A stretch of 64,000 nt of DNA from Planctomycetota bacterium (lineage in GTDB: Bacteria; Planctomycetota; SZUA-567; H5-PLA8): NCBI GenBank assembly GCA_038227875.1, contig JBBRPR010000019.1, forward strand, positions 64,001 to 128,000. The letters run 5' to 3'. Every line of letters starts with the position of its first letter. Position 1 is the first letter of the stretch. Positions 1 through 11,918 of the stretch are shown here, in pieces. The notes beneath the pieces are model-generated. The model worked only from the letters and a program-made list of their open reading frames with translations. It was not told the origin of the DNA and ran no database searches. A program made the position numbers and the translations under genes.

Positions 1-220
1 TATAACCATTTTCGTATACAAGCTTAATCTTCGTAGGTTATCTACGCAGTGGGCTTACACGAAGCAACCTTTTGCATCGTGGCTCCACCGAAAAAATGGG
101 TTTGTTTGATTTTAGCCTACCCTCCACAGGTGGACGGGTCTTTGCGCTAAACAAGTAGGCAGGAACGGCTCGAAACGGGCAGGAAAAGTCGGAAAGCCGG
201 AAGAAAAGAAGGGGAAGAGC

Positions 221-3200
221 ATGGATCAGCACATTGGTTTGCCACCCGCGCAGGGATTGTACGACCCGGAGAACGAACGCGACGCCTGCGGCGTCGGCTT
301 CGTCGCGCATTTGAAGGGCAAACGATCACACCAGATCGTGGCCGACGCACTCCAAGTCCTTGTAAATCTCTTGCATCGCGGAGCTTGCGGCTGCGAAGTC
401 AACACGGGTGACGGCGCCGGCATCTTGATCCAAGTGCCCCATACATTCTTTAAGCGCGAAGCCTCGAAGTTGGGTTTTGCGCTTCCTGAACCCGGTCACT
501 ACGGCGTCGGAATGGTCTTTCTTCCGAAGGATGCTGCACAACGTGACCAGATGGTGAAATTATTCGAAAAGGCAGTCGTCAACGCCGGGCAAAAGGTGCT
601 CGGCTGGCGCGACGTCCCCACCGATAACCGGAAACTTGGCCAAAGCGCCATCGACGCCGAGCCCGTCATCCGCCAGGTGTTCATCGGCCGCGGCACGAAA
701 GCGGAGACCGAAGACGCGTTTGAACGCCGTCTGTTCTTGATCCGCAAGGACGCCGGCCACGCTGCCAGCGAGTCCAACCTGAGCCAGAAGGGATTCTTCT
801 ACCTGCCCAGCTTGTCGTGCCGCACGATCATCTACAAAGGCATGCTGATCGCCGACCAGATGGAAAGCTACTTTCCCGATCTGCTCGACCCGGAGATGGA
901 TTCGGCGCTGGCGCTGGTCCATCAGCGCTTCAGCACCAACACGTTCCCGAGCTGGAGTCTGGCGCATCCGTTCCGCTACCTCGCGCACAACGGCGAAATC
1001 AATACGCTCCGCGGCAACATCAACTGGATGCGCGCACGCGAAGCGCTCTTTGCCTGCGAGGAGTTCTTCACGCCCGAAGAAATGAAGCGCATCGTTCCCG
1101 TGGTCAACGAACGCGGTTCGGATTCCGCGATTCTGGACCAGGCGCTGGAGATGCTCGTGATGTGCGGCCGTTCACTGCCGCACGCGATGATGATGCTCAT
1201 CCCGGAAGCGTGGAGCGGGCATGAGAGCATGAGCCAGGAGAAGAAGGACTTCTACGAATTCCACTCCTGCATGATGGAGCCTTGGGACGGACCGGCTTCC
1301 GTGGCGTTCACCGACGGACAGGTGATCGGCGCGGTGCTCGACCGCAACGGGCTGCGCCCGTCGCGCTACTACGTCACCACTGACGACCGCGTGGTGATGG
1401 CCTCCGAAGTCGGGGTGCTCCCGGATATCCTGCCGGAAAACGTGGTTCAGAAAGGCCGTCTGCAGCCGGGCAAGATGTTCCTCATCGACCTCCGCCTGGG
1501 CCGCATCGTCGATGACTCGGAGATCAAGGGCTGCATCGCCACCGCCCTGCCCTATGGCAAATGGCTGAAGGAAAGCCTCGTCGACCTTAAAGATCTGCCG
1601 GAAGCGCCGCACGTTCCGGAACCGGATCATCACACCGTCTTCCAGCGCCAGCAGGCGTTCGGCTACACGCTCGAAGACCTGAAAATCATCCTGCCGCCGC
1701 TTTCGACAAACGGCGAAGAAGCGATTGGCTCGATGGGCACGGACACGCCGCTGGCCGTGCTCTCCGACAAGCCGCAGCCGCTGTACGCCTACTTCAAGCA
1801 GCTCTTCGCGCAGGTGACCAACCCGCCGCTCGACGCCATCCGCGAAGAACTCGTCACATCCGTCGCGACGTCGATCGGACCGGAAGGTAACATTCTCAAG
1901 CCGGGACCGGATTGTTGCCGCCAGGTGAAGGTGCAGTCACCGATTCTCGACAACGATGAACTGGCGAAGTTCAAGCACCTCTCGATCCACGGCTACAAGA
2001 CCAAGACGCTCTCGATGACCTTCGAGGTGAAAGATGGCGGCGAAGGGCTGCGCAAGGCCGTCGACGATCTGTGCGAAAAATCCGTGCAGGCGATCAAGGA
2101 CGGCTACAAGATCATCATCCTCTCCGACCGCGGCGTCGACGCCGACCACGCGGCCGTGCCTGCGCTACTGGCGACGGCCGGCGTGCATCACCATCTCGTC
2201 CGCAACGGCATGCGCACGCAGGTCGGGCTGATCGTCGAATCCGGCGAACCGCGCGAAGTCCATCATTTCGCGCTGCTGCTGGGCTACGGCGCCGGCGCAG
2301 TCAACCCGTACCTCGTCTTCGAAACACTCGACGACATGGCGCGTGAAGGCATGCTCAACAACGCCCCGGATCACAAGACGCTGGTCAAGAATTTCATCAA
2401 GGGCATCAAGAAGGGCTGCGTGAAAGTGATGTCCAAGATGGGCATCAGCACGATCCAGAGCTACCGCGGCGCGCAGATTTTCGAAGCCGTGGGCTTGAAC
2501 AAGGAATTCGTCGAACGCTACTTCACCGGCACGGCTACGCGAATCGAAGGCATCAGCTTCGACGTGATCGCCAAAGAAACGCTGTCGCGCCACGAACGCG
2601 CCTACCCCAACCGCGACGTGCCGGTCGAATCGCTCGACGTCGGCGGCCAGTACCAATGGCGCCGCGAAGGCGAGTACCATCTCTTTAATCCCGAGACGGT
2701 TCACAAACTGCAGTACGCAGTCCGCGCCGGAAATTACAAGACGTTCAAGGAGTACTCGAAGTCAATCGACGATACGTCCAAGCGCCTGTGTACGCTGCGC
2801 GGTCTGTTCGACTTCAAGTTGGAAGGCCGCACGCCGGTGCCGATCACGGAAGTGGAACCGGCGTCGGAGATCGTCAAACGCTTCGCGACGGGCGCCATGA
2901 GCTACGGCTCGATCAGTAAGGAAGCGCACGAAAATCTCGCCATCGCCATGAACCGCATCGGCGGAAAGAGCAATACCGGCGAAGGCGGCGAAGATTACGA
3001 CCGCTTCGTGCGCGACCCCAACGGCGACTGGCGCAACAGTGCAATCAAGCAGGTGGCGTCGGCGCGCTTCGGCGTGACCAGCGCGTACATGGTTTCAGCC
3101 AACGAACTGCAGATTAAGATGGCGCAGGGTGCCAAACCCGGCGAGGGCGGCCAGTTGCCCGCTCATAAGGTGTATCCGTGGATCGCCAAAACGCGCCACG

Positions 3201-4777
3201 CGACACCGTACGTCGGGCTGATTTCCCCCCCGCCCCATCACGATATTTATTCAATCGAGGATTTGGCGCAGCTGATCCACGATCTGAAGAACTCCAATCC
3301 GCGCGCACGCATCAGCGTGAAGCTTGTCGCCGAAGTCGGCGTCGGCACCGTCGCCGCCGGCGTGGCGAAGGCGCATTCCGACGTCGTGCTGATCTCCGGC
3401 CACGACGGCGGCACCGGCGCGTCGCCGCTGACCTCGATCAAGCACGCGGGAGCTCCGTGGGAACTGGGCCTGGCCGAAACGCAGCAGACGCTGGTGCTCA
3501 ACGACCTGCGCAGCCGCATCGTCGTTCAGGCCGACGGACAGTTGAAGACCGGCCGCGACGTCGCCGTTGCCGCGCTGCTGGGCGCGGAAGAATTCGGCTT
3601 CGCCACGGCGCCGCTGGTGGCGTCGGGTTGCATCATGATGCGCGTCTGCCATCTCGACACCTGCCCGGTCGGCGTCGCGACGCAGAATCCCGAACTGCGC
3701 AAGAAGTTTGCCGGCAAGCCTGAACACGTCGTCAACTTCATGATGTTCATCGCTGAAGAACTGCGCGAGATCATGGCGCAGTTGGGCTTCCGCACCGTCA
3801 CGGAAATGGTCGGCCACGTCGAACTGCTCGACACGCGCAAGGCGATTGCGCATTACAAGGCCAAGGGCCTGGACTTCTCGAAGATCTTCCACAAGCCCAT
3901 CCCGAAGAACGGCTCGCCGCTGCATCAAGTCATCGCGCAGGACCACGGCATCGACAAGGCGCTGGACAACAGTCTCATCCAGCGCTGCGCCCCCGCGCTG
4001 GAAAGCGGCAAGCCCGTCACGCTCGACGTGCCGATCCGCAACGTCAACCGCACCGTTGGCACCATGCTGGGCAGCGAACTGACACGCCGCCACGGCTACG
4101 ACGGCCTGCCCGACGACACGATCACGCTGAACTTCACCGGCTCTGCCGGTCAGAGCTTCGGCGCGTTTGTGCCCAAGGGCATGACGATGAATCTGGAAGG
4201 CGACGCCAACGATTACGTCGGCAAGGGACTCTCCGGCGGCCGCATCACGGTGAAGCCCTCGCGCAAGGCGTCGTTCCCGGCGCAGGACAACATCATCGCC
4301 GGCAACGTCATCGGCTACGGTGCGACCAGCGGTGAAATCTACCTGCGCGGCAAGGTCGGCGAACGCTTCTGTGTCCGCAATTCCGGCGTACAAGCGGTGG
4401 TGGAAGGCGTCGGCGATCACGGTTGCGAATACATGACCGGCGGCCGCGTGGTGGTGCTGGGCAAGACCGGCCGCAACTTCGCCGCGGGCATGAGCGGCGG
4501 CATCGCGTACATTTACGACGAAGACGGAAGTTTAAGCAAACGCTGCAACACCGGCATGGTGGAAGTGGAAGCGCTGGAATCCGAAGACCTGGAGACGATC
4601 AAGGACCTCGTCGAGAAACATCAGCGATATACGGGCAGCTCGCTGGCCCGGGACATCCTGGCGAACTGGAAGAAGAGTTCGGCGAAGTTCGTGCGCGTGA
4701 TGCCGATCGAGTTCAAGCGCGTGCAGAAGGAACTGCGCGAGAAGATGGCCAGCGCGACGGTGGCGGCGGGGGAGTAA
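221..4777 (+). CDS. gltB: Glutamate synthase large subunit
   Basis: 1518 aa; N-terminal ERDACGVGF (Ntn-amidotransferase Cys), [40 protein letters not shown], 3Fe-4S motif [16 protein letters not shown]-terminal GXGXG domain. Confidence 0.98.
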   Translation: MDQHIGLPPAQGLYDPENERDACGVGFVAHLKGKRSHQIVADALQVLVNLLHRGACGCEVNTGDGAGILIQVPHTFFKREASKLGFALPEPGHYGVGMVFLPKDAAQRDQMVKLFEKAVVNAGQKVLGWRDVPTDNRKLGQSAIDAEPVIRQVFIGRGTKAETEDAFERRLFLIRKDAGHAASESNLSQKGFFYLPSLSCRTIIYKGMLIADQMESYFPDLLDPEMDSALALVHQRFSTNTFPSWSLAHPFRYLAHNGEINTLRGNINWMRAREALFACEEFFTPEEMKRIVPVVNERGSDSAILDQALEMLVMCGRSLPHAMMMLIPEAWSGHESMSQEKKDFYEFHSCMMEPWDGPASVAFTDGQVIGAVLDRNGLRPSRYYVTTDDRVVMASEVGVLPDILPENVVQKGRLQPGKMFLIDLRLGRIVDDSEIKGCIATALPYGKWLKESLVDLKDLPEAPHVPEPDHHTVFQRQQAFGYTLEDLKIILPPLSTNGEEAIGSMGTDTPLAVLSDKPQPLYAYFKQLFAQVTNPPLDAIREELVTSVATSIGPEGNILKPGPDCCRQVKVQSPILDNDELAKFKHLSIHGYKTKTLSMTFEVKDGGEGLRKAVDDLCEKSVQAIKDGYKIIILSDRGVDADHAAVPALLATAGVHHHLVRNGMRTQVGLIVESGEPREVHHFALLLGYGAGAVNPYLVFETLDDMAREGMLNNAPDHKTLVKNFIKGIKKGCVKVMSKMGISTIQSYRGAQIFEAVGLNKEFVERYFTGTATRIEGISFDVIAKETLSRHERAYPNRDVPVESLDVGGQYQWRREGEYHLFNPETVHKLQYAVRAGNYKTFKEYSKSIDDTSKRLCTLRGLFDFKLEGRTPVPITEVEPASEIVKRFATGAMSYGSISKEAHENLAIAMNRIGGKSNTGEGGEDYDRFVRDPNGDWRNSAIKQVASARFGVTSAYMVSANELQIKMAQGAKPGEGGQLPAHKVYPWIAKTRHATPYVGLISPPPHHDIYSIEDLAQLIHDLKNSNPRARISVKLVAEVGVGTVAAGVAKAHSDVVLISGHDGGTGASPLTSIKHAGAPWELGLAETQQTLVLNDLRSRIVVQADGQLKTGRDVAVAALLGAEEFGFATAPLVASGCIMMRVCHLDTCPVGVATQNPELRKKFAGKPEHVVNFMMFIAEELREIMAQLGFRTVTEMVGHVELLDTRKAIAHYKAKGLDFSKIFHKPIPKNGSPLHQVIAQDHGIDKALDNSLIQRCAPALESGKPVTLDVPIRNVNRTVGTMLGSELTRRHGYDGLPDDTITLNFTGSAGQSFGAFVPKGMTMNLEGDANDYVGKGLSGGRITVKPSRKASFPAQDNIIAGNVIGYGATSGEIYLRGKVGERFCVRNSGVQAVVEGVGDHGCEYMTGGRVVVLGKTGRNFAAGMSGGIAYIYDEDGSLSKRCNTGMVEVEALESEDLETIKDLVEKHQRYTGSSLARDILANWKKSSAKFVRVMPIEFKRVQKELREKMASATVAAGE

Positions 4778-4840
4778 GCTCCTGGCGCCCGGCTTTCGGG
4801 CGACGATTTTGGAAAAGTGTGCAAGGGGATAGGTGCAAAG

Positions 4841-6283
4841 ATGGGCAAGCCGACAGGATTCATGGAAGCGACCCGCGAATTGCCGAAACGGCGGCCGGTC
4901 GAAGAGCGCATCAAGGATTGGAAGGAAGTCTACCTCCCCTTCCCCGATGAGAGCTTGAAAAAGCAGGCCGCGCGCTGCATGGACTGCGGCGTGCCGTTCT
5001 GCCACATCGGCTGCCCGCTGGGGAACATCATCCCTGACTGGAACGACCTGGTCTATCGCAACCGCTGGCGCGAAGCGATCGATCGCCTCCACCTCACCAA
5101 TAACTTTCCGGAATTCACCGGTCGCATCTGTCCCGCGCCTTGCGAAGCCGCGTGTGTGCTGGGCATCAACGAACCGGCCGTGACGATCAAGCAGATGGAA
5201 GTCTCCATCGTCGATCGCGCCTGGGCCGAAGGCTGGATCGTTCCGCAGATTCCCCATCACAAGACCGGCAAGAAGGTCGCCGTGATCGGCTCGGGTCCTG
5301 CCGGCATGGCTTGCTCGCAGCAGTTGGCGCGCGTCGGCCACGACGTCACGCTTTTCGAACGCGCCGACCGCATCGGCGGGTTGCTGCGCTACGGTATTCC
5401 TGAATTCAAAATGGAAAAGCGCCAGATCGACCGCCGCATGAAGCAGATGGAAGCCGAAGGCGTGAAGTTCGTCGTCAACGCGCACATCGGCGTTACGCAC
5501 CCGATTGAGGAACTGCGCAAGAACTTCGACGCCATCGCCCTCTGCGGCGGCGCGACCCAGGCACGCGATCTGACCGTGCCCGGCCGCGAACTGAAAGGCA
5601 CGTACTTCGCCATGGAGTACCTGCCGCAGGCCAACAAGATCCAGCACGGCGACAAAGTCCCCGACCAGATCCTGGCGACGGGCAAACACGTCGTGATCCT
5701 GGGCGGCGGCGACACCGGAGCCGACTGCCTCGGCACCGCCACGCGCCAGGGCGCCAAGTCGATCAAGCAGTACGAACTGCTGCCGATGCCGCCGAAGGAA
5801 CGCGGCGTCAACAACCCCTGGCCGCAGTGGCCGAACATCTGGCGCTCGTCGCAGGCGCACGAAGAAATGGAATGCCGCGACTACAGTATCCAGACCACCA
5901 AGCTCACCGGCGAAAACGGTGTTGTGAAGCAGCTCCACGCCGTGCGCCTGAACTGGGTGCCGAATCCCGCGGGCGGACCACCGAAGCCCGAACCGGTTCC
6001 CGGCAGCGAATTCTCGCTCGACGCCGATCTGGTCTTGCTGGCGATGGGCTTCGTCGGACCGGAGAAGAACACGATGCTCGCGCAGCTGGGCGTCAAGCTC
6101 ACCGAACGCGGCAACGTCTTCGCTGACGACAATAAGATGACCTCGATCTCCGGCATCTTCACCGCCGGCGACATGACCCGCGGACAGTCGCTGGTCGTCT
6201 GGGCCATCGCCGAAGGCCGCAACGCCGCGCATGGCATCGATAAATATCTGATGGGCGCGACGACGCTGGCGAAGTCGTTCTAA
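4841..6283 (+). CDS. gltD: Glutamate synthase small subunit
   Basis: ATG at 4841 (MGKPTGF); ARCMDCGVPFC..GCP, GRICPAPCEAAC, GSGPAG, GGGDTGADC, GDMTRGQSLVVWAI; directly follows gltB. Confidence 0.97.
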   Translation: MGKPTGFMEATRELPKRRPVEERIKDWKEVYLPFPDESLKKQAARCMDCGVPFCHIGCPLGNIIPDWNDLVYRNRWREAIDRLHLTNNFPEFTGRICPAPCEAACVLGINEPAVTIKQMEVSIVDRAWAEGWIVPQIPHHKTGKKVAVIGSGPAGMACSQQLARVGHDVTLFERADRIGGLLRYGIPEFKMEKRQIDRRMKQMEAEGVKFVVNAHIGVTHPIEELRKNFDAIALCGGATQARDLTVPGRELKGTYFAMEYLPQANKIQHGDKVPDQILATGKHVVILGGGDTGADCLGTATRQGAKSIKQYELLPMPPKERGVNNPWPQWPNIWRSSQAHEEMECRDYSIQTTKLTGENGVVKQLHAVRLNWVPNPAGGPPKPEPVPGSEFSLDADLVLLAMGFVGPEKNTMLAQLGVKLTERGNVFADDNKMTSISGIFTAGDMTRGQSLVVWAIAEGRNAAHGIDKYLMGATTLAKSF

Positions 6284-6307
6284 GCTGACGAGGCTGTTTG
6301 AATTGAG

Positions 6308-6338
6308 ACGGCCCGGACGATGTCCGGGCCGTTTTTTT
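6308..6338 (+). terminator. Intrinsic terminator of gltBD
   Basis: ACGGCCCGGAC-GAT-GTCCGGGCCGT followed by a T run, 25 bp after the gltD stop. Confidence 0.85.
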
Positions 6339-6452
6339 GTAGTCCGTGCGTCCCCGCCCGGTCATCCTGAAATGGCCGTAACCTTCTTGCGACATTCCGT
6401 CTCTTCTATGATAGGCCCGTCCGTCGCAGACCGGGCGGGACGCCCGGACTAC
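6339..6452. repeat. Inverted pair of GTAG-type REP-like elements
   Basis: GTAGTCCGTGCGTCCCCGCCCGGTC (6339-6363) and GACCGGGCGGGACGCCCGGACTAC (6429-6452); same family as 17940-18115. Confidence 0.75.
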
Positions 6453-6537
6453 GAAAGAGCGCTGGAATGAATGGCGCTGCTTGTTACATCAGGCAGGCGT
6501 TCCCTCATTTGCATTTCGACTTTTCGAGGCAGCCGAC

Positions 6538-8679
6538 ATGGAACACGTCCAGGCGATTCGCGAGCGCCGCGAGAAGACCGTGCTTCGCGCGCTGACGACG
6601 CTGGAACTCTATGCCGCCGGCGACGCCGAGACGAGTTCGTCCCTGCTGCAACTTTCCGCCAAATCCGTAGCCGACCCGCGCGTCGCCGCGCGTTGGATTG
6701 AACTCCTCGCGACCGAAACCGATCAGGGCAAGCGCCAAACGCTGCTGCGCGAACTGGCCAAGCTCGACTTCCGCCAGATCCCCGACAGCGACGCGTGCGT
6801 GACCCAATTGTTGAGCTGCTTGAATCAGCCCGACGCGCGCGAATGGGCGCTCTATTGCCTCACGCGCATCGCGCCGCAGAATCCGAAGATCATACCTCCA
6901 CTAGTCGACGCTTATCGAGCGCAGCGCGACGACCGCGTGGCGCGACGGATCCTGGCGATGCTGCTGAGTATCGGCGAGCTCACCGACGCGTTGATCGCGT
7001 TCTTCATTTCGGTACTCGATGCGGTCAACGCTGAAACCAAAACGGTCCTCGTCAAACGGCTGCTCGAACGCGATGCGCTCCAACCGGCGCAGTTGGCAAA
7101 GCTGCTAATCGTCTCGGAACCGCCCGCCATCAAGGCGCTGGTCCTCGACCATGCCATTGACCGCTCGATCCAACTGAATCGTGCGGCCACCGACCTTCTC
7201 CGCAATGATCCTGACGCCGCCTGCCGTTACGCCGCTGCATGGGCGCTGACGGAAACCGGCGCGCCCACTCCCGAGGCGCTCGACGCGCTGCTCCACGCGG
7301 CCAGCGCCGATTCGGACGACCGCGTGCGTTTATTTACGATCTGCGCCTTCGAACACACGCTCGCGAAAACGCCGGCCGTCATTCGCATGCTGCTGGACGC
7401 GCTGAAGACGGAAACGTCGGTGCCCCGCGCGTCGCTGATCGTGAAATTACTCGCCCCGCATCTGCAACGCGCACCGGAGATCGTGCCGGCGCTGACCACG
7501 CTCCTCGAAGCCAATCTACAGACGGAGATCGCACTCGAGATCTACTCGCAACTTGGCACGCTCGCGCCGTGGAACGCCGCCGTGCGGGAGTTTCTGATCG
7601 CGGCGTGCACGCGCGAAAAAGAAGACCGCGTGAAGGCGACGATCTTGAAACCACTTTCGCAGCTCAACCTCTGCGATCCGAAACTTGTTGCGCTCTATGG
7701 CGAAGCGTTGAAACTGCCACACCCCGGCATCCAGACGTGGGGCCTGCAAGGGATCCTGCTGCTGCCGGCCACTCCGGATAACGTGCCGCTGATCGCGCAA
7801 AGCGTCGAGGCGCTGCTGATGCCGGACATTTCTCTTCACTGGCGACTCGCGCTGGCGCAGAAACTCGCCGCGCTGCCGGAAAAGTCCGCGGCCCTGCTCG
7901 AACGCTTGAAATTCATCGCCGCGAATGCGCGCGAGTCGGAACTCAAACGGGTCTGCGAAGACGTTTTCAACACCGCCGCGTCAGACGCGCTGGACACTGC
8001 TGATGTCCAGATCGATTGGGAGAGCTGGATTCATCGCGCGGAAGTCGAACACCGCGGCGACGGCATTTTTCCTGCGCTCTACGAACACTACGAGTCCGCG
8101 CCCGCGCAGGCGCGCCGCGTGCTCAAGGCGCTGCTCAATCCGCAGTGCTCCGACAATTTGTACGGACTCTACGGATACGATGTGAACGAAGGCGTGATCC
8201 TTGCTTATCTCGAAAGCAAGGACGCCGTCGACGACGACGTTTCGCGATTTTGCGTCGGCCGGACTCTCAACCAGAACGCCGGCACGCCCAATCTGTATCT
8301 GCAAACGCTGCTGGCCAATCCCACCTTCCCAGGATTAAAGGACGCGGTCTGGCAGATTCTGGAGAAGCGCCAGGATGCTTCGCCGGCGCTGCTTCGCACG
8401 TTGTTGATCACCGCCCATTCATCCCAAGACGCCGCCGTCGCAGCATTCTCGGCACGAATGAATACGCGATCCGGTGAGGCGCTGAAACCGTACGCGCGGC
8501 TGCTGCTCGAAAATCTGGGCTGGCCGCCCGCGCGCGCTCTGATTAAGTCGCTCGCGACACGCAAAGATCTTCCTGCCGCATTGCGGGATCAACTCGCGGC
8601 CGCAATGAAAAAACTGGGCATCGCCAACGCGCCGGACAATCCGCCGCAGCCCGCCGGACCGGGGTTTGCCGATGAGTGA
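6538..8679 (+). CDS. HEAT-repeat (alpha-solenoid) protein
   Basis: Leu/Ala-rich helical ORF, likely ATG 6538; HEAT-like units such as LLRNDPDAACRYAAAWAL and AASADSDDRVR; no catalytic motif seen. Confidence 0.75.
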   Translation: MEHVQAIRERREKTVLRALTTLELYAAGDAETSSSLLQLSAKSVADPRVAARWIELLATETDQGKRQTLLRELAKLDFRQIPDSDACVTQLLSCLNQPDAREWALYCLTRIAPQNPKIIPPLVDAYRAQRDDRVARRILAMLLSIGELTDALIAFFISVLDAVNAETKTVLVKRLLERDALQPAQLAKLLIVSEPPAIKALVLDHAIDRSIQLNRAATDLLRNDPDAACRYAAAWALTETGAPTPEALDALLHAASADSDDRVRLFTICAFEHTLAKTPAVIRMLLDALKTETSVPRASLIVKLLAPHLQRAPEIVPALTTLLEANLQTEIALEIYSQLGTLAPWNAAVREFLIAACTREKEDRVKATILKPLSQLNLCDPKLVALYGEALKLPHPGIQTWGLQGILLLPATPDNVPLIAQSVEALLMPDISLHWRLALAQKLAALPEKSAALLERLKFIAANARESELKRVCEDVFNTAASDALDTADVQIDWESWIHRAEVEHRGDGIFPALYEHYESAPAQARRVLKALLNPQCSDNLYGLYGYDVNEGVILAYLESKDAVDDDVSRFCVGRTLNQNAGTPNLYLQTLLANPTFPGLKDAVWQILEKRQDASPALLRTLLITAHSSQDAAVAAFSARMNTRSGEALKPYARLLLENLGWPPARALIKSLATRKDLPAALRDQLAAAMKKLGIANAPDNPPQPAGPGFADE

Positions 8680-11600
8680 CGCCGACAAAGCCGACGACGC
8701 GCTGAAAGCGGTGCTCGCCGTCGACCGCCCCACGCCGCAGCGACTGGAACTGCTCGCCAGCTTGCGCAACGAACTGCGCGGCGAAAAGGCCGTGCTCACG
8801 CTGCTGGCCGCCGCGCAGGAAGAGAAAACGCTCGATCTGCGCCGCGCGTTTTTGCAACACGCCGCGGCGTGCGAGGTCACCCGACTTACCGATCGCGAGA
8901 TGTACTTGAAAGGCATGCTCCACTTCGCCGCATGCGACGACGAGCGCGAACTGCGCCGCATCGCGTTGGGGCAGCTCGGCGGCTTTCTCGGCCACAGCCC
9001 ACTTGTGGAAAATGTCGTGCTAGCCACGCTGGTTTACGACTTGAGCCCCAAAAACCAGCGCATCGCACTCGACATACTCCTGTCGGGAAAATCGCTGCGA
9101 CCGGAAAATCTCCCGACGCTGCTGGCCTTCCTGCCACGCAGCCCCGCGGCATTTCGCGGGCCGCTGATCGACCTGCTCGTGAAATTCGACGCCGAAGCCA
9201 CGCAAACCGGGCTCGTTACCTTTCTGGATTCAGCGGAAGCTCCCGACGTCCGCGGCCGCGCACTCTCGGAGCTCGCGTTGCTGCCGCGCCTGCAACCGGC
9301 AACGCTCCGCGCGCTCGAAACGTTGCTGCTCAACGAACCCAGTGCCGCTCTGCAGGAGCAGGTCGCGGCAATGCTCCGCGACAACACGCAGATCAACCCG
9401 GAGCTCTTCCAAATCCTCTTCGCGCTATTTTTGAAATACCCTGACCGCACCGGGCTGCTCGAAGCCATGCGCCACCGCCTGGCTTCGTTTCCCACGTTAC
9501 TGCCGGCGATTTGCGAAGCATTCCGCACGATTCGTTCCGGCCAGATGCGGGTACGGATGCTGCGACTGCTTCAGAAAACGCCGTCGATCCCACTTTTCAT
9601 CGCCGCGCTAAGCGACGCCAATCCGCAGGTCCGGCGCATGGCCATCGAATGCTGCGAGCACCATCATGCCGAGCAAAGCGAAACGATCGAAGCTGCCTCG
9701 CTCGCCGCGGCGAATGTGGAAACCATCGTCTCGCTGCGCGAAGCACTCGCAGGTCTGTTCGCATCACGCCAACGCCGCGCGGCAGAGATCAACCGCGGCC
9801 TCGTCGCGTGGCTCGACCGTGAAACCGAACCGCGCGTCGAACGTGTACTCGCGCAAACGCTCCCGGCGATTCCGCTCTCCAGCGAAAACGGACGCGCGAT
9901 TCTCCGTGTCTACGCCAAGCTGCTCCTCGATCCGGCCACGACGCAGGAAGAGCGCGCGGAGATTGTGTCGCGGCTGCGCGATGCGGCATTTGTGGATGCG
10001 CCGGAACTTGCAGGCTGCCTGCGCCAGTTGCTGGAACGCAGCGGCTCGATTGAAGAAGTCGAAACGCTATACGCCCGTCTGCGGGAACTGGAACCCGACG
10101 CCGGCGCGCACGCGGACCTGCTGCTGACGCTATTTTTCCGTTTCGCCGCCGACTACCCGCGTTCGCCGCTGGACGGTTGGATCAAAGACTTTGAAACGCT
10201 CGCCGCCTCGAACGAGCGCGTCCGCGCACAGATTCCCACGATCGTGCGCATGACCGGAGCGACGTGGATCTCGTCCAGCGCGGAGACTTCGGCGCAGAAG
10301 TCGATCCTCCTTCCCTCGCTGATGGCACAAATCCGCCGCGGCAACTGGATCGAAGCCGGACGCCTGCTGCGCGAAGCGTGGGAAAATCGCACGATCCGCA
10401 AGAGCGACATGCTGGTCTTTTTCAAGAAACTGTTGCGCCTGCCCCGCGAAGAAGGGCTGTTGCAGTCGTGCCTGGTGATGATGGCCAAGGGCGGGCTGAC
10501 CACGCCGGAGATTTTCGATCTCTGCTTCGCTTACATTCAGGAAAACCCGCGCAACGGCAGTTACACCTCGCTGCTCGGCGAATTTCTGCAGGGCAAAAAT
10601 CAGGATTCCACGCCGATGCGTTCGATCGACGAAGTCCGCGTCGATCTGGAACCGACCCGCCGCCAGGATCCGGCGTACCGCGAACGGCTCTTCGCCGCGT
10701 TTTCTCAGCGCGAACTCGACCGGTACTGGCGCGGATTTCCTGAAGAACTCGACTTCGTGCCGCCGCCGGACAACTGGAATAATTGGGAGTACCAACTCTG
10801 GCCCGACAAGGGCACCGACTGGGTGATCGCGCGGATGTTCTTCGCGCTCAAACCGTACGATCGCATCGCGGCGCTGCTCAAGTCGCATATCAGTCCTACG
10901 GCGCCGGGCGCGCGTTCGATTCAATATCTGTTGCTGCTCCATCTCTGGCAGGAACTGGCCGACAATCTTCCAGCTCCCGTGCTCGACGAAATTCTGCGCG
11001 GCATCGGCGAACTGCTCAGAAAAACAAACGGCCGCCCCGGCTTCGAATTGCTCCACGACCGCGCCGTACTCGTCTTTCAGAAATATTGGACGCGGCAGAT
11101 CAATTCGCAGACCGGTGGCCGCGCCGTCGCGCCCGATCTGGCCGATCTCGCCGCTGAAGTCTACGTCGAACTCTGCGGCATCAGCGAAAAGTTCGACGCC
11201 AACGCGAAAACAAAATTCCCCGCGCTGCTGCCGGAGGTTCTGCAAGGCATGAATCCCGCGCGCGTCGAAGCGCTCTGGACCTTTGACGCCGCCGCGTGGC
11301 AGCGCCTCTATCGTGAAAATTTCGAAGGCGCCGAAGCTGAAGCAGCCGCGCGTGCGCTTTATGAAAAGGCGCAGCTTGCGGAAAGCGACGTGCACTTCGA
11401 GGACGCGTTTGCGCTCTACAGCGGTCTGCTCGCTACGCACGCGGCCACGCGGTTCGTCAAGAAGCTGCGCAGCAACCTTGAATACAGCCGCGACGAATGC
11501 GATCCCAATCGCACCTTCGATCCAGCGGAAAATCAGGGGGCGACAGTCCAATACGAATTCCTGCAAACGCTGCTGCAGCAAGGCAAGCACGACCAGGCGC

Positions 11601-11707
11601 TACGTACGTTGGAGCGCCTGCTGAAGCGCTGGTGGCGCACGCCGCTGATCCAAGAAAAGCGCGCCGAGTTGATCGCCAAACGAGCAGAACTGAAAGTCCC
11701 ACTGTAA
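8672..11707 (+). CDS. HEAT-repeat protein with C-terminal TPR-like helices
   Basis: ATG 8672 overlaps the upstream stop (ATGAGTGA); ALSDANPQVRRMAI and DSAEAPDVRGRAL HEAT units; two TPR-like hairpins at the C-terminus. Confidence 0.75.
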   Translation: MSDADKADDALKAVLAVDRPTPQRLELLASLRNELRGEKAVLTLLAAAQEEKTLDLRRAFLQHAAACEVTRLTDREMYLKGMLHFAACDDERELRRIALGQLGGFLGHSPLVENVVLATLVYDLSPKNQRIALDILLSGKSLRPENLPTLLAFLPRSPAAFRGPLIDLLVKFDAEATQTGLVTFLDSAEAPDVRGRALSELALLPRLQPATLRALETLLLNEPSAALQEQVAAMLRDNTQINPELFQILFALFLKYPDRTGLLEAMRHRLASFPTLLPAICEAFRTIRSGQMRVRMLRLLQKTPSIPLFIAALSDANPQVRRMAIECCEHHHAEQSETIEAASLAAANVETIVSLREALAGLFASRQRRAAEINRGLVAWLDRETEPRVERVLAQTLPAIPLSSENGRAILRVYAKLLLDPATTQEERAEIVSRLRDAAFVDAPELAGCLRQLLERSGSIEEVETLYARLRELEPDAGAHADLLLTLFFRFAADYPRSPLDGWIKDFETLAASNERVRAQIPTIVRMTGATWISSSAETSAQKSILLPSLMAQIRRGNWIEAGRLLREAWENRTIRKSDMLVFFKKLLRLPREEGLLQSCLVMMAKGGLTTPEIFDLCFAYIQENPRNGSYTSLLGEFLQGKNQDSTPMRSIDEVRVDLEPTRRQDPAYRERLFAAFSQRELDRYWRGFPEELDFVPPPDNWNNWEYQLWPDKGTDWVIARMFFALKPYDRIAALLKSHISPTAPGARSIQYLLLLHLWQELADNLPAPVLDEILRGIGELLRKTNGRPGFELLHDRAVLVFQKYWTRQINSQTGGRAVAPDLADLAAEVYVELCGISEKFDANAKTKFPALLPEVLQGMNPARVEALWTFDAAAWQRLYRENFEGAEAEAAARALYEKAQLAESDVHFEDAFALYSGLLATHAATRFVKKLRSNLEYSRDECDPNRTFDPAENQGATVQYEFLQTLLQQGKHDQALRTLERLLKRWWRTPLIQEKRAELIAKRAELKVPL

Positions 11708-11727
11708 TCCCAACGTGTCTGGTTTTA

Positions 11728-11753
11728 ACCATGGGACAAATTTGTCCCAGGGT
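11728..11753. repeat. 26-bp palindrome family, copy 1
   Basis: ACCATG-GGA-CAAATTTG-TCC-CAGGGT, 20 bp after a stop codon. Confidence 0.8.
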
Positions 11754-11918
11754 TAGATCGATAGAATTAGTAGGGCAAGGCTGCTCCATGTGTAGCTCAA
11801 ATCGTTATTGACTCAGAGTTTATAAAATAATTTTCAGCTTATTTCTTGTTTGCCGTCTCGTCGTACTTAGACTTTCTGACTGTTGCATCTTCGAATACAC
11901 GAGTTGAGACACGACGCT

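Noticed and set aside
4532..6232. 566-aa minus-strand ORF, and similar long ORFs at 3251-4420, 10130-11590, 20976-22688, 32306-33745 and 35436-37067
   Set aside because: Antisense shadows of well-supported genes, expected from high-GC codon bias; no recognisable motifs
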